Shown: piece by piece, positions 1-10,326 of the stretch | Layout: the number at the start of each line of letters is the position of its first letter | Numbering within the stretch: the stretch's first letter is position 1 | Assembly: GCA_036985715.1 (NCBI GenBank) | Contig: BTQE01000001.1 | Coordinates: 3,577-67,576 of the forward strand | Length of the DNA: 64,000 nucleotides | Source of the DNA: Rhodothermia bacterium | Lineage (GTDB): Bacteria > Bacteroidota > Rhodothermia > Rhodothermales > UBA10348 | Direction: 5' to 3' | The notes under the pieces: model-generated | Databases searched by the model: none | What the model was told of the DNA's origin: nothing | The model's input: only the letters and a program-made list of their open reading frames with translations | Position numbers and translations under genes: made by a program

Positions 1-2
1 AG

Positions 3-1334
3 CTTGGCGGGCGTGCCGTCATCATTAACGACGGGCTTCCGATCGGAGGTACCTGTGTAAACGTCGGTTGTATCCCGAGCAAGGTCATGATTCGGGCTGC
101 CGACGCGCATCACCGAACTATGAATCATGGTTTTGATGGAATTGAATCGGAAAGCCGGATCTCAGACTTCGGCGCAATCACGCTTCAAACGCAGGCGTTG
201 GTCGAGGGTCTAAGAAAAAGTAAATACACCGATGTTGTTGCGGAAGATGCCAATATCAGTGTGGTTGACGAAAGAGCCACCATCATCGATTCGCATACTG
301 TTCAGGCAGGAAGAAGCATATTTACAACGAATAATATTCTGATTGCCACCGGCACACGCACATTCGTTCCGCCCATCAGCGGAATCGGCAGCGTGCCATA
401 TCTAACGAACGAGACGCTCTATTCGCTGCCTGAGCTTCCGGACCGGTTGATCGTTCTCGGCGGTGGCTACGTCGCATTGGAAAACGCGCAGATGCTCGCC
501 CGACTCGGCTCGAAAGTGATACTGCTTCAGAGATCGGCGCGAGTTCTAAAGACTGAGTCTGAAGAAATAACCGCTGCTCTCGGCGCGTTTCTTGAGGAAG
601 ATGGTGTGGAGATCAAGACAGGGGTCGACGTTGAGGAAGTTCGCGAGGTCGACGGTCATATTGAAATAGACGTACTCATCTCAGATGAGCGCTCCACCCT
701 CGAAGGATCTCACGTTCTATTGGCGACGGGTCGAACGGGAAATACCGAGAATATCGGCCTCGAAGCATTGGGCATTGAGACGGATGAAAGAGGATTCCTT
801 ACGGTCGATGAAACTCTTCGAACCAGTGTACCCAATATTTTTGGCGCTGGAGATGTGATCGGCGAGCACCAGTTTGTGTATACAGCGGCGTATGAAGGGA
901 GTCTCGCTGCGGAGAATGGGCCACATTCCATGCAGAAAGAGCGGGACTACACGGCGCTTCCATGGGTCATTTTCACGGATCCTCAGCTGGCTGGCGTAGG
1001 GTTGGACGAACAGCAAGCGGAGGCCGCAGGAATCGACTACGAGGTTACGAAACTCGACCTGAAGCACGTTCCGCGTGCATTGGCTGCCCGCGATACCCGA
1101 GGATTCATCAAGTTACTGCGAGATACTGCGACGGATCGGCTGATAGGGGCACGCATACTCGCACCGGAGGGAAGTGAGCTTCTCATGGAAGTCTCCCTTG
1201 CTATCAAATACGGAATAACAGTCGACGAGATCAAATCGACGTTTCATCCCTACCTCACGCTCAGCGAGGGCATCAAGCTGGCAGCGATCTCATTCGGAAA
1301 GGACATTGAAAAGCTGAGTTGCTGTGCGGCGTAA
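3..1334 (+). CDS. merA: Mercuric reductase MerA (5' end cut by window edge)
   Basis: The frame is open from nt 3. Translation starts ...GGTCVNVGCIPSK, the redox-active CxxxxC of class I pyridine-nucleotide disulfide oxidoreductases. It contains the GGGYVALE dinucleotide-binding motif. It ends ...KLSCCAA, and the vicinal C-terminal Cys pair is diagnostic of MerA. Confidence 0.8.
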   Translation, partial: LGGRAVIINDGLPIGGTCVNVGCIPSKVMIRAADAHHRTMNHGFDGIESESRISDFGAITLQTQALVEGLRKSKYTDVVAEDANISVVDERATIIDSHTVQAGRSIFTTNNILIATGTRTFVPPISGIGSVPYLTNETLYSLPELPDRLIVLGGGYVALENAQMLARLGSKVILLQRSARVLKTESEEITAALGAFLEEDGVEIKTGVDVEEVREVDGHIEIDVLISDERSTLEGSHVLLATGRTGNTENIGLEALGIETDERGFLTVDETLRTSVPNIFGAGDVIGEHQFVYTAAYEGSLAAENGPHSMQKERDYTALPWVIFTDPQLAGVGLDEQQAEAAGIDYEVTKLDLKHVPRALAARDTRGFIKLLRDTATDRLIGARILAPEGSELLMEVSLAIKYGITVDEIKSTFHPYLTLSEGIKLAAISFGKDIEKLSCCAA

Positions 1335-1375
1335 ATGGCGACACCAGCGACACTCGGTACAACTACTGATAAAAA

Positions 1376-1861
1376 ATGAAAAACCCGATATACATCTTGC
1401 GAATTGCACTTATCTCTCTCTTTCTTCTTCCAATTTCGGTCCGGATCTCCATCTCTCAACAGGCGGGACCGGCACCACCGGAATTTCTCGTGACGACGCC
1501 ATCGAATTATGACTTCGACGACACCGTTAATATTCTGAAAGGTGCGATCGAGGAGCAGAATCTCATGGTCGTTCTCGAAATCGATGCGCAACGAATGCTG
1601 CGAATGGTAGATGTCCAAAGTGGCGGGATGACACAAATCCTGTTCTTTCATCCCCGATATATGAAGCGAATCATAGCCGCCAATAGGAACGCCGGGATTG
1701 CCCCTCCTCTGAAAGTAGTCGTCGTGGAAACGCCAAATGGGAAGGTTATGGTACGCTATGAACAGCCCGAACATCTTTTCGAGGCATACGAAGGGCTATC
1801 CGAAATTGCAGCAGAGTTGGATGCGGTTGTTCGGACGATTGTCGCAGAAGTGAATTCTTGA
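1376..1861 (+). CDS. DUF302-family protein with N-terminal signal peptide
   Basis: Hydrophobic N-terminus. The core pattern (FDDTVNILKGAIEE...MVVLEIDAQ...ILFFHPRYMKRII...PPLKVVVVETPNGKVMVRYEQP) matches the DUF302 fold signature as I remember it. It lies 41 nt downstream of merA. Confidence 0.6.
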   Translation: MKNPIYILRIALISLFLLPISVRISISQQAGPAPPEFLVTTPSNYDFDDTVNILKGAIEEQNLMVVLEIDAQRMLRMVDVQSGGMTQILFFHPRYMKRIIAANRNAGIAPPLKVVVVETPNGKVMVRYEQPEHLFEAYEGLSEIAAELDAVVRTIVAEVNS

Positions 1862-1889
1862 GCCACCCAACAAACATGATTACACTGTT

Positions 1890-2630
1890 ATGAAGGATCG
1901 AAAGCGAGCTGTACTCATACTTCTGGCATTCATCGCAGGTGGGGCCGTACCCATTCAGTTGGTAACCCTCTCATTCGGGTACGCACAGTACATTCAACAG
2001 GTATCACTTGGGCCGAAAGTCATCATAACGGCCCATGAATTTGCTGTCTGGTATGTTCCATTCGTTTATATCCCAGCTCTTCTGTTGTTGATTGGAATTG
2101 CCTGGTATTCAAGAAGCCACTACCCAGATGTGTTTCGGCGTATCATCATTGGACTCGGGGTGGGTGTTCTTGCGACGGTGTCCCTTGATTTCTTCCGAGA
2201 AATGGGTGTTATCAACAGTTGGCTAGCGGGAGATACGCCCAAAATGTTTGGTAAAATGGTTACAGGAAGTAGCAATTTCGCCTACTTCTATCCGATAGGA
2301 TTCTTCGTCCACCTTATGAACGGAGCAAATTTCGGTCTTTTCTATACTTTCGTTTGGGGCAGGCGCGGCTCATATAAATCGGCCATTGCCTGGGCTACAC
2401 TATGGGCGCTCGTTATCGAATTGGGAATGATGACCCTTCCTCCAATTGCTCCGATGCTCGGAGCGTTCGGTAGCCGGTTCGCGTGGCCCGAACTTTTCCT
2501 CCTGACTCTAGTGGCACATCTTGCGTTTGGAATAACGTTGGGCATCCTCTCGCAGTACTTTTTGCGGTCGGAAGACGAGGGGGGACTTTTTCGATTCCTA
2601 CGAGGACATCAGGCTGAGATTTCGAATTGA
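1890..2630 (+). CDS. Integral membrane protein, unknown function (about 6 TM, no Cys)
   Basis: Long ORF with several hydrophobic segments. It is packed between neighbours (28 nt and 1 nt gaps). I recognise no family motif. Confidence 0.5.
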   Translation: MKDRKRAVLILLAFIAGGAVPIQLVTLSFGYAQYIQQVSLGPKVIITAHEFAVWYVPFVYIPALLLLIGIAWYSRSHYPDVFRRIIIGLGVGVLATVSLDFFREMGVINSWLAGDTPKMFGKMVTGSSNFAYFYPIGFFVHLMNGANFGLFYTFVWGRRGSYKSAIAWATLWALVIELGMMTLPPIAPMLGAFGSRFAWPELFLLTLVAHLAFGITLGILSQYFLRSEDEGGLFRFLRGHQAEISN

Positions 2631-2631
2631 G

Positions 2632-2961
2632 ATGAAGATCTTAAGCCAAACGGTTTTAAGCGTTGCCGTTGTAGCAACGGTAATTGTTTCCTGCCAGACA
2701 GAACCAGAGGGCCTGTCCACGGTAGAGACCTCAAGGGTATTCGAAGGAGCCGGTCGAATTTCCGAGCTCCTGCCCGGCGGCCAGCATGTTAAAATTACCC
2801 ATGGGCAGCTCGGCGATTTCATGGAAGCCATGGAGATGTCTTTTGAAATTGCCGACACGCTTCATCTCGTAGGTGCCACCCAGGGGGATTCAATTCACTT
2901 TTCTTTGCGCGTACAGCCCGATGGATACTTCTTTATAGAAGACCTGGAGGTCGTCCGCTAA
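2632..2961 (+). CDS. CusF-like periplasmic metal-binding lipoprotein
   Basis: Lipobox (VIVSC). The HVKITHGQLGDFMEAMEMSFEI segment resembles the CusF His plus Met-x-Met Cu(I)/Ag(I) site (ItldHepIp..wpaMTMdF). Confidence 0.45.
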   Translation: MKILSQTVLSVAVVATVIVSCQTEPEGLSTVETSRVFEGAGRISELLPGGQHVKITHGQLGDFMEAMEMSFEIADTLHLVGATQGDSIHFSLRVQPDGYFFIEDLEVVR

Positions 2962-3190
2962 GGATCGAGCTTTTTCGGTGTTTCTACAGGCGTTTCGATG
3001 AAAGCTATATAACAACGGAGACCCCACCTCTGCACTGAATATGACAGGCTAACAAGAGCCCTCATTTGCCAATTCGCCTGCTTTTTCCTAAATAACGGTG
3101 AAAGTGGTCGACTCGTCCCGCACCCGAACCCGCGGCCCAGCCGTCCGGAATATCCGGATCTTTTGGAAATCGTTATCACCGGAGATCGCC

Positions 3191-4243
3191 ATGCCTGACC
3201 TGGAAAAGCCTCATTCCGATCTCGAACCTGACTCCGAAGATATCTCGGGCGCCCAACAAATTGCGTCGAAAGTGTCGGAACGGGTGACGAAGTTAGCAGG
3301 AATCGAAAAACTGGAAGGATTCAGCTTACGCGATTTTTTTGATGAGGTGTTCAGACGACACTCCCGAGATGAGGTCGAGGAATACTTTACGGTAGGGGCC
3401 AGATCAACTACACCCGCCATCGCAGACATCGATACGAGCTGGCCACGGCCGTGGGTGTTCTTCAAAACATTCGTGGGTGCGGTCGTTGTCTATTTCCTGT
3501 TCGTGCAGGCCTGGAAGGAATTTGGCAACCTGAACCTCGTTCCGGGGCTCATCATGGTGGGTTCATTTGCCGTTCCGATATCGGCCCTCATTTTCTTCGT
3601 GGAAGTGAACGCGCGCAGAAATGTCTCCCTCTATGAGGTGTTGCGCCTTGTTTTCGTTGGCGGCATTCTTTCTTTGATTCTGTCACTGGTTCTTTTTCAG
3701 GTGAGTTATGCGCTTGAACTGAATTGGCTCGGCGCCTCGGTTGCCGGACTGGTGGAAGAGCCCGGAAAGCTTCTCGCGCTTTTTATCGTCGTCAACGTGA
3801 CGAAATACAGGTACACGCTCAACGGACTTCTCTTTGGTGCGGCCGTCGGGACGGGTTTCGCCGCTTTCGAAAGCGCTGGATATGCCCTCCGTACGCTGCT
3901 CGTCAGTCCGGATCCGGACGCGATGATGGACATCATCATGCTCAGAGGAATGTTGGCCCCTTTCGGACACATCGTCTGGACGGCGATGGGCGGAGCCGCG
4001 CTTTGGAAAGTAAAAGGCCCGAGAAAATTCCAGTTCGGCATGGTGACGGATGTCCGATTCGTGCGCATTTTCACGATTGCCGTCGTGATGCACATGTTCT
4101 GGAATTCTCCGCTTTATCTGCCCTTTTACGGGAAATACGTGATCATCGGAGTCGTTGCATGGATCATTATTTTCGCCCTCATCCAGGATGGATTGAAGCA
4201 GATTCGGGAAGAAAAAGCGGAACTCATATCCGGTCTGACTTAG
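3191..4243 (+). CDS. PrsW-family intramembrane metalloprotease
   Basis: Multi-TM protein with the PrsW motifs EEPGK, FAAFESAGY and ...FGHIVWTA. The track ORF begins at GTG 3098. ATG 3191 (MPDLEKP...) is the more plausible start. Confidence 0.7.
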   Translation: MPDLEKPHSDLEPDSEDISGAQQIASKVSERVTKLAGIEKLEGFSLRDFFDEVFRRHSRDEVEEYFTVGARSTTPAIADIDTSWPRPWVFFKTFVGAVVVYFLFVQAWKEFGNLNLVPGLIMVGSFAVPISALIFFVEVNARRNVSLYEVLRLVFVGGILSLILSLVLFQVSYALELNWLGASVAGLVEEPGKLLALFIVVNVTKYRYTLNGLLFGAAVGTGFAAFESAGYALRTLLVSPDPDAMMDIIMLRGMLAPFGHIVWTAMGGAALWKVKGPRKFQFGMVTDVRFVRIFTIAVVMHMFWNSPLYLPFYGKYVIIGVVAWIIIFALIQDGLKQIREEKAELISGLT

Positions 4244-4267
4244 CGAATCTGAGAGGAATTTGACACT

Positions 4268-7200
4268 CTATTTCAACACGAGCATCGATCGCGTCTCGGT
4301 AAAACGACCGGCTGAAAGTTCATAGAAATAGACGCCGCTCGGCAAGTGGCGGGCATCAAATTGAATACGATACTCACCAATGCCATGCCACTCGTTCACC
4401 AGCGTTTTAACTTTTCGTCCAAGTAGATCATAGACAATGATATTGACATTTTCCGGGGTTGCAAGCGAATATTCGATCGTCGTGCTTGGATTAAACGGGT
4501 TCGGATAGTTCTGGTGCAGAAGTACTAATGAGGGTAGCGCTTTTTCGTCACTACGCTGCACATTGACGACGGTCGCTTTCCTCAGATCCAGGAATGCGGC
4601 GTAAACCCCATAATCTTTGAATTCAATAGATGCGGTGCTTTTCTCAATATTCGACGTAGTCGGAATCGAGACCCACTGGTCCTGATCCCATTTGAAGACC
4701 GTAATCGCCTCTGAAACGTCAGCACGTAACGAATCCGTATTAAACCCGATCTGAATGCGACCAGACGGTGCAACTGACAAAGGGAACCCCTCGAATGAGT
4801 GCGACCGACTTACCTGTCGAACGGAATCAGGTAGTCCGATTGGAGGCGTTGGAAAATCAGAACTGAGAACAACAAGTTGCTCTATATCCGTTGTATTCGG
4901 ATTCAGAGTGATTTCAAGATTAGCAACACTTGAATATAGATTCTCGGTGCCAGCGTCAATTAGAAATAGCGTTACGTCCTCTGGAACCGGGAAGGGTTGA
5001 CCGTCAGCATCAGGGGCAGTCAGTAGCAGAGTAATCCCTGTGGAAAGTCCTACTGGGGCTTGAGCAACCAACAGGTCACCTTCCGCTTTGTGTTCTACAG
5101 GAATTGAAACGCTTCCGTCAAGCAACTCAACCGTCGGCGGTGACGAGAAGGGGAGTGAGGAATAAACCACATGTTGAAGCTGGCCTCCTGCATCAAATCG
5201 AAGTGACGATATAAACGTATTGTTTCCCGACGGACTTTGAAGCCTGATGACCACTTCATGGTTAGCTCCTTTTCCAGAAATGGAAGGATCATCGAAATAG
5301 AATTTCCAGTTTTTGCCAGAAGAGTTGGCGATAATCTCGTCCCCGATTTCGTAGTCGAAAGCCCGAATTCCACCAGTATTAACTCCAGAATCGATGGTTT
5401 TGCCCTGATCCAGAATATCCCAACCTTGGAATTGAGCACCATCCATGATCCTTCTCAATAATCTTACGTTTGCTCCTGGAATGGGGGTTTCAGGTTCGAC
5501 CGTGGCGTCGAGAAGAAGGAAGGCCGTTCTGGGTAAGCCTTCGAGGCTTACCTGCGTATTGAAAGTCATCATTGACCCTACATCCAGGTCCGGGGCGCTA
5601 AGGTCGGCGTTGGGCCCAGCCATGTGCTCAGTGTCGGAGAGGTACCAATCTTGAGGTAAGTGAGCAATTGCCGGTACGCCCCTGATAAATGTGCTGAACG
5701 TATTCCTGAATTGGAGCCAATTCGTTGTCTGAAATTTTTGATACTGCTCAGTATCCATATACATGTCGGTTGCAACCGCGGACATCTCTGAACTCAAGTC
5801 GTTGGCTGGCTCGTCATCCATGATTCCAAAATTGATTGTTGGCCAAACAGTGGCGCCGCTGTTGTCTTCATACTCATCAAAAAATCCAAATAAATAGTGC
5901 CCCAACTCATGCATGAGGCCGATTACGTTGCTTGAAATCAAGGGATCGAGTGGCTCACCGTACATATCCTTTATGTTGTCACTCGGCGTACCGTCGAAGT
6001 TTACAGGTGGAATGACGATGCTCGCATCGCCGTCATCAAAAAGAAGAGTGCTGGGGGTCGGAAGAAGTAGCGAACCTCCGACTCTCGCTTTGGGCTGCAT
6101 CGTATTCTGGGCGAAAATCTGAACATCCGCATGCCTCCATACTTCACGTTTGTCATAAATGGCAATTTTGTTCAAATACGCGTGGCCATTGGTTACATCG
6201 TAGAGAAGATTACTGGCGTTAGTAAGGACTTTACTCCAGGCCTGGAGAAAACCAGTATTGACCGGCCATTCAAATGTTAGGACAAAATTAAAACCGAATG
6301 TTGCGTGACCCATGTACGTTCGAGTGATCTCGGTCTCGTTGAGATCCAGCAAAGCTGCCTTAATATTACCTGATGCATTGAAAACGAGATTATCGACTGC
6401 TCTCTCGTAGAGTGTATTGTCGACAGCATCGTGAAGTAATTTATCAGCGGGGACGGATTCAGATGGTGTCTTGATATAGACAGGGTCTCCGGGTGCATAT
6501 TTCCCCGGATCCAGAAAAAGCATCCCATTCTCGTCCGTTGTCATTGATTCAAGCTCACCGAACGGATTATCCGTTACAGACAGGTCGACTTTCCCGACGA
6601 GAAATTCCGTATCGGGAATGGGTTTTGAGTTTCTACTAAGACTGTCTTCCATCACCTGAACTTGAATTAATGGGATGACTTCGACCTCAGCGCAAGCCGA
6701 AAATTCGGAAGTGGCACCCTCCGGGTCGCTCGTAGTCGCCGTAATGATCTCCTGGCCGGCGATTGCCTGCAGATCTCGAATAAAATCGGCTTGGCCAGCA
6801 CCGTCTGTTGTCAGTATTTCATAATCCAAAAAAACGAGGCCTTCGCCATAACCCGAGGGATCGCATTCGTCGTTTCCAAAGAGTTCGACTCGAAAATCAG
6901 CGTTGCTCAGTCCCATCAATTCGATCCGAACGCGGCCTCCCTCCAATTTGGTCAGTACCGGCCGATAACTAAGGCTAAGATCTACCCCAAAATCGTCTTC
7001 GTTACTTGATATGGTTCTATCAATACCCAATCTCCCGTTTCTAAAGATCGAATTACCCAGAACGGCAACCGGGTTCCTCATCGAAACTCCACTCCCGACG
7101 TTGTAGGCGATTGTATTGGCGAGATTCGAATCCACCCCGCCGACAACGTGATCGGATCCTATCAGATTGATCCCGTCCATCTGGTTGCCAAGATCGAGGG

Positions 7201-10024
7201 TGCCCGAACGGTCGGTTCCAATGAAATTGCCAAAAATGCCCACGGTACCACCAGCCTCGATTCCATGCCCGGCATTTGACCCGATCACATTTTGCTCTTG
7301 TAAGTCGCTGCCGCCGATGATAGTCTCAGATCCGACTTTTATACCGCTACCGCCGTTTCCGGCCGGTCCCGTTCCCGTGATGTCTGTACCAATATGATTG
7401 TTGTATATCCACGTCACGGGAGAACCCTGGACGTTTATGCCATGCGATCCGTTTCCCGATATCGTATTACCGCCATCTCCAATGCCAAGGCCTACTCGGG
7501 TATCGACCGAAGTCGATATATCAATACCGTAAATCCCATTTCCCATGGGATTGCGGCCGGTGGGGTCCAAACCAATCAGATTGTTACCCAGTTTCGTATT
7601 GTTGGAGCGATTGATCGAAATCCCATCTTCTATATTTCCAGAAACAACGTTTCCTGTATCGACCACTGGTGTTCCGAATATATTTCCGTCAGATTCGTTT
7701 ACATAGACGCCACTCTTTCCATTCGGAATAGCAATGGTACCGAAGGCATCCAGCCCGATAATATTAGAGGCAATAGAGTTCCCCCCTAAATCTCGATCGA
7801 GGTAGATTCCATACCAGTCGAATCCAGAGATTACATTTCTAGTGCGGGAATCGCCGCCTCCAATAAAATTATTGCCGCCGTTCAGGCGAATCCAGACGCC
7901 TGAATTGGGAAGCAAGAAGCTGTTGTCGACAGGGCGAAGTTTGTCTGTTCCCGCAGCGTTGACACCCACGTAATTCCCAGCAACGATATTTCCCTCTGAC
8001 CGAATGTCTATCCCCATTATTATGTTGCGCCTATCTTCGGTCAAACCGCCGATTCTATTGTTTGGCGACGTCACCCCGAGTCGGTGGCCGCCCCAGTTGA
8101 CCGGCACCGTCGAACCTGTCTTGTCGGTACCTATGTAGCAACCTTCTACCCTTGTTCCGCCATCGATGGATTGAAGTACGAGACTTCGTCGAATGATCAG
8201 GTTTCGGACTACGCTTGAGCCCGCATCACCCGAAATTGTCAAAGCTCCGGCGTTGTTCGAGAGAAAAACTTTGCCCTGCGATGTTCCGTCAATGGTAATC
8301 TGTCGTGTGACCGGAGTTATGGAACTGATTAATAATTCCGAAATGGCGAACGTTATTAGATCGGCACCAGCCGTACTATTACCTTCTTGAATCGCTGCAC
8401 GCAACGTGCAATCGCCTTGAAACGTGGCACAGAGACCGTCTCCTTTATTGATATCTGCCCCAGATCCATCCGTATTGACCACGAAGCTGAATACCGGTTG
8501 TGTCAGAGCTACGGACGTGAGCGGTACTCGGGAGCCATCAGGATTTGTCCTGGAACCGAACAATGCAATGTCTGCCGATCCATCGCTATTGAGCGTTTCC
8601 GTCTCGAATGCAGCAGCCGCCATCGACAGGTCGAAGTAGGTCTGTGCCAGCGATTGTTGCAAAAATGTCTGCTCTGGTCGGGCTGCTTCGACCGGATAAC
8701 CCTCACCGACAAAGGCTGGAGAGTGAATAACGTGTAATCGTTTTCCCTGGGAATCAAGAACAAGAAGGTCATCCTTAGGTAGAGACGATACACTCGCCCG
8801 CCGAGCAGCTAGTTTTTGATCTGATCTAATGCCTGGAATCGAAATCGGGGTGGAGATTAGCTGCTGTGTGCCTGGAATCAGCACCGACACGTGACCCGAC
8901 GCCGATACGATTGCCAGCTCTCGTTTCGTGTCACCGATAAAGTCGCCAAGAACCATAGCGACCGGTTCCTCTTCCAATGCAAGCGTTGATGTCTCCGCAA
9001 CCCCGTCATACCCGCCGCGCTTACCAGCCGTACTGAAATATCTTTCCCTGCCACGTACGAGAGTCAGTGAATGCGATCCAACAATCGAAACGTCGCCGTA
9101 GATATCTTCGTCCATCCGCCCAATTTGTATCGAGACAGCCGGCTCAGCGAGGGGAATGACTTCCGGATCGCCCGCAAATGCTCCAGCGGGGTTCTCAAAG
9201 ACGAGTAGCTTGGAGAAACCCTCTTTGTGATCGTGAGAAGCCAGCGCGTCTGAAAAATCAATGGCGCTGCCTTCAAAGGATAATGGGGTTGCGTCACTTT
9301 CGACTCCGACAACCACATCCGTGAGCATATCTCGCCGGTTTACATCCCCCGTCGACAACGCGGTGATCCGCCCCGGTAGAAAAACCATCTGGGGCCGACC
9401 GAACCCTCCTTGACCATTCCCCTCGATCCACATAAGGCGGCGAACCACTCGCGAAGCCGCCACGATATCCTCAAAGCCGTCCGCGTTAAAATCTCCGTAA
9501 CCGAGAAATTCCGGGTCTATCTCAAGATTAAAGAGCGTAGGCCGCGTCATGTTGGATTCATCGGAGACGTCAGAAACAAGAGTAGCCGACTCAAGAGTCG
9601 TTAGAACTGAGATAAATCCACCAGTAGCAGTCCCAAAACCCTCTATCAGATCGATCTCGCCGTCTTCGTCAAAATCACCGGTGACCATAGTCCTTGGAAT
9701 CGCAACACCCTCAGTGAGAGCGTCCAAAAACTCTTTTGGGCCTCGGGCCAGACTTGGAAGTACAAATCCATCTTCAAAGTTCATCCAGGGATATCCTTTC
9801 CCGCTGGCAAGAATCGTCTCAGCACCATTATATAAGCCAGTTGGACCTTCTAACGCACTTTCAAATCCATCAAATCCTGTCAGAAGAGTGCCAGTGACCC
9901 ATACCAAGATGAGTGTACCCGTCGAAAGGCGGTAAAAACTCGTCGTAACGAATCGAGACACGGTCATCATACCCTCCCAAAAAAGTGGTAGTGGTCCGGG
10001 GTGAGAACATCGAGGGGTACTCAA
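4268..10024 (-). CDS. Giant secreted multidomain protein: FG-GAP/VCBS repeats, CSLREA-like parallel beta-helix, HExxH zinc-metallopeptidase module, T9SS C-terminal sorting domain
   Basis: N-terminal hydrophobic segment. GDFDEDGEIDL, GDFNADGFEDIV and GDFIGDTKRE are FG-GAP-like Ca-binding repeats. DCTLRAAIQEGN (about nt 8378-8410) is followed by many N-[FYHL]-[IV]-G PbH1-type repeats. HELGHYLFGFFDEYED sits at nt 5864-5912. The C-terminus NYPNPFNPSTTIEYSL...GVYFYEL...MLVLK is a classic Por_Secre_tail. The start could also be the internal MM at about nt 9970. Confidence 0.85.
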   Translation of the reverse strand: MSTPRCSHPGPLPLFWEGMMTVSRFVTTSFYRLSTGTLILVWVTGTLLTGFDGFESALEGPTGLYNGAETILASGKGYPWMNFEDGFVLPSLARGPKEFLDALTEGVAIPRTMVTGDFDEDGEIDLIEGFGTATGGFISVLTTLESATLVSDVSDESNMTRPTLFNLEIDPEFLGYGDFNADGFEDIVAASRVVRRLMWIEGNGQGGFGRPQMVFLPGRITALSTGDVNRRDMLTDVVVGVESDATPLSFEGSAIDFSDALASHDHKEGFSKLLVFENPAGAFAGDPEVIPLAEPAVSIQIGRMDEDIYGDVSIVGSHSLTLVRGRERYFSTAGKRGGYDGVAETSTLALEEEPVAMVLGDFIGDTKRELAIVSASGHVSVLIPGTQQLISTPISIPGIRSDQKLAARRASVSSLPKDDLLVLDSQGKRLHVIHSPAFVGEGYPVEAARPEQTFLQQSLAQTYFDLSMAAAAFETETLNSDGSADIALFGSRTNPDGSRVPLTSVALTQPVFSFVVNTDGSGADINKGDGLCATFQGDCTLRAAIQEGNSTAGADLITFAISELLISSITPVTRQITIDGTSQGKVFLSNNAGALTISGDAGSSVVRNLIIRRSLVLQSIDGGTRVEGCYIGTDKTGSTVPVNWGGHRLGVTSPNNRIGGLTEDRRNIIMGIDIRSEGNIVAGNYVGVNAAGTDKLRPVDNSFLLPNSGVWIRLNGGNNFIGGGDSRTRNVISGFDWYGIYLDRDLGGNSIASNIIGLDAFGTIAIPNGKSGVYVNESDGNIFGTPVVDTGNVVSGNIEDGISINRSNNTKLGNNLIGLDPTGRNPMGNGIYGIDISTSVDTRVGLGIGDGGNTISGNGSHGINVQGSPVTWIYNNHIGTDITGTGPAGNGGSGIKVGSETIIGGSDLQEQNVIGSNAGHGIEAGGTVGIFGNFIGTDRSGTLDLGNQMDGINLIGSDHVVGGVDSNLANTIAYNVGSGVSMRNPVAVLGNSIFRNGRLGIDRTISSNEDDFGVDLSLSYRPVLTKLEGGRVRIELMGLSNADFRVELFGNDECDPSGYGEGLVFLDYEILTTDGAGQADFIRDLQAIAGQEIITATTSDPEGATSEFSACAEVEVIPLIQVQVMEDSLSRNSKPIPDTEFLVGKVDLSVTDNPFGELESMTTDENGMLFLDPGKYAPGDPVYIKTPSESVPADKLLHDAVDNTLYERAVDNLVFNASGNIKAALLDLNETEITRTYMGHATFGFNFVLTFEWPVNTGFLQAWSKVLTNASNLLYDVTNGHAYLNKIAIYDKREVWRHADVQIFAQNTMQPKARVGGSLLLPTPSTLLFDDGDASIVIPPVNFDGTPSDNIKDMYGEPLDPLISSNVIGLMHELGHYLFGFFDEYEDNSGATVWPTINFGIMDDEPANDLSSEMSAVATDMYMDTEQYQKFQTTNWLQFRNTFSTFIRGVPAIAHLPQDWYLSDTEHMAGPNADLSAPDLDVGSMMTFNTQVSLEGLPRTAFLLLDATVEPETPIPGANVRLLRRIMDGAQFQGWDILDQGKTIDSGVNTGGIRAFDYEIGDEIIANSSGKNWKFYFDDPSISGKGANHEVVIRLQSPSGNNTFISSLRFDAGGQLQHVVYSSLPFSSPPTVELLDGSVSIPVEHKAEGDLLVAQAPVGLSTGITLLLTAPDADGQPFPVPEDVTLFLIDAGTENLYSSVANLEITLNPNTTDIEQLVVLSSDFPTPPIGLPDSVRQVSRSHSFEGFPLSVAPSGRIQIGFNTDSLRADVSEAITVFKWDQDQWVSIPTTSNIEKSTASIEFKDYGVYAAFLDLRKATVVNVQRSDEKALPSLVLLHQNYPNPFNPSTTIEYSLATPENVNIIVYDLLGRKVKTLVNEWHGIGEYRIQFDARHLPSGVYFYELSAGRFTETRSMLVLK

Positions 10025-10326
10025 TTAACGCGGTGAGTTTCGGAAAAGCAAACCGATCCTTGACCCTGTCATCGGTCCAAGCCGCTGTAACCGGTGCTCA
10101 AAAGCAACTCCCGATCTAAACAGTACTCGAGGGCCTACTCCGTTTCCGTAAGCACCAACCGCGCCCAAGTAGTACGGATCGCTCCACTTTTCCGTAACTC
10201 GAAAGGCCTTTTTGGCGTCTCAGAGCGCGCGCGTATTTACGCGGAGTACCGCTCCGAAATAAAGAGGATTTGGAAGTACCTACAGCGTCTCATTCAGAGC
10301 CGTGCGCCCCAAGTAGATACCCCCTT

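Noticed and set aside
3098-3190. Extended GTG start for the PrsW gene, and similar long N-terminal extensions in the track (13725, 27052, 35006, 48211, 49529, 53709, 56021, 62776)
   Set aside because: The extensions add non-conserved, often basic residues ahead of an obvious signal peptide, Tat motif or conserved N-terminus. Internal ATGs give canonical N-termini and remove gene overlaps.
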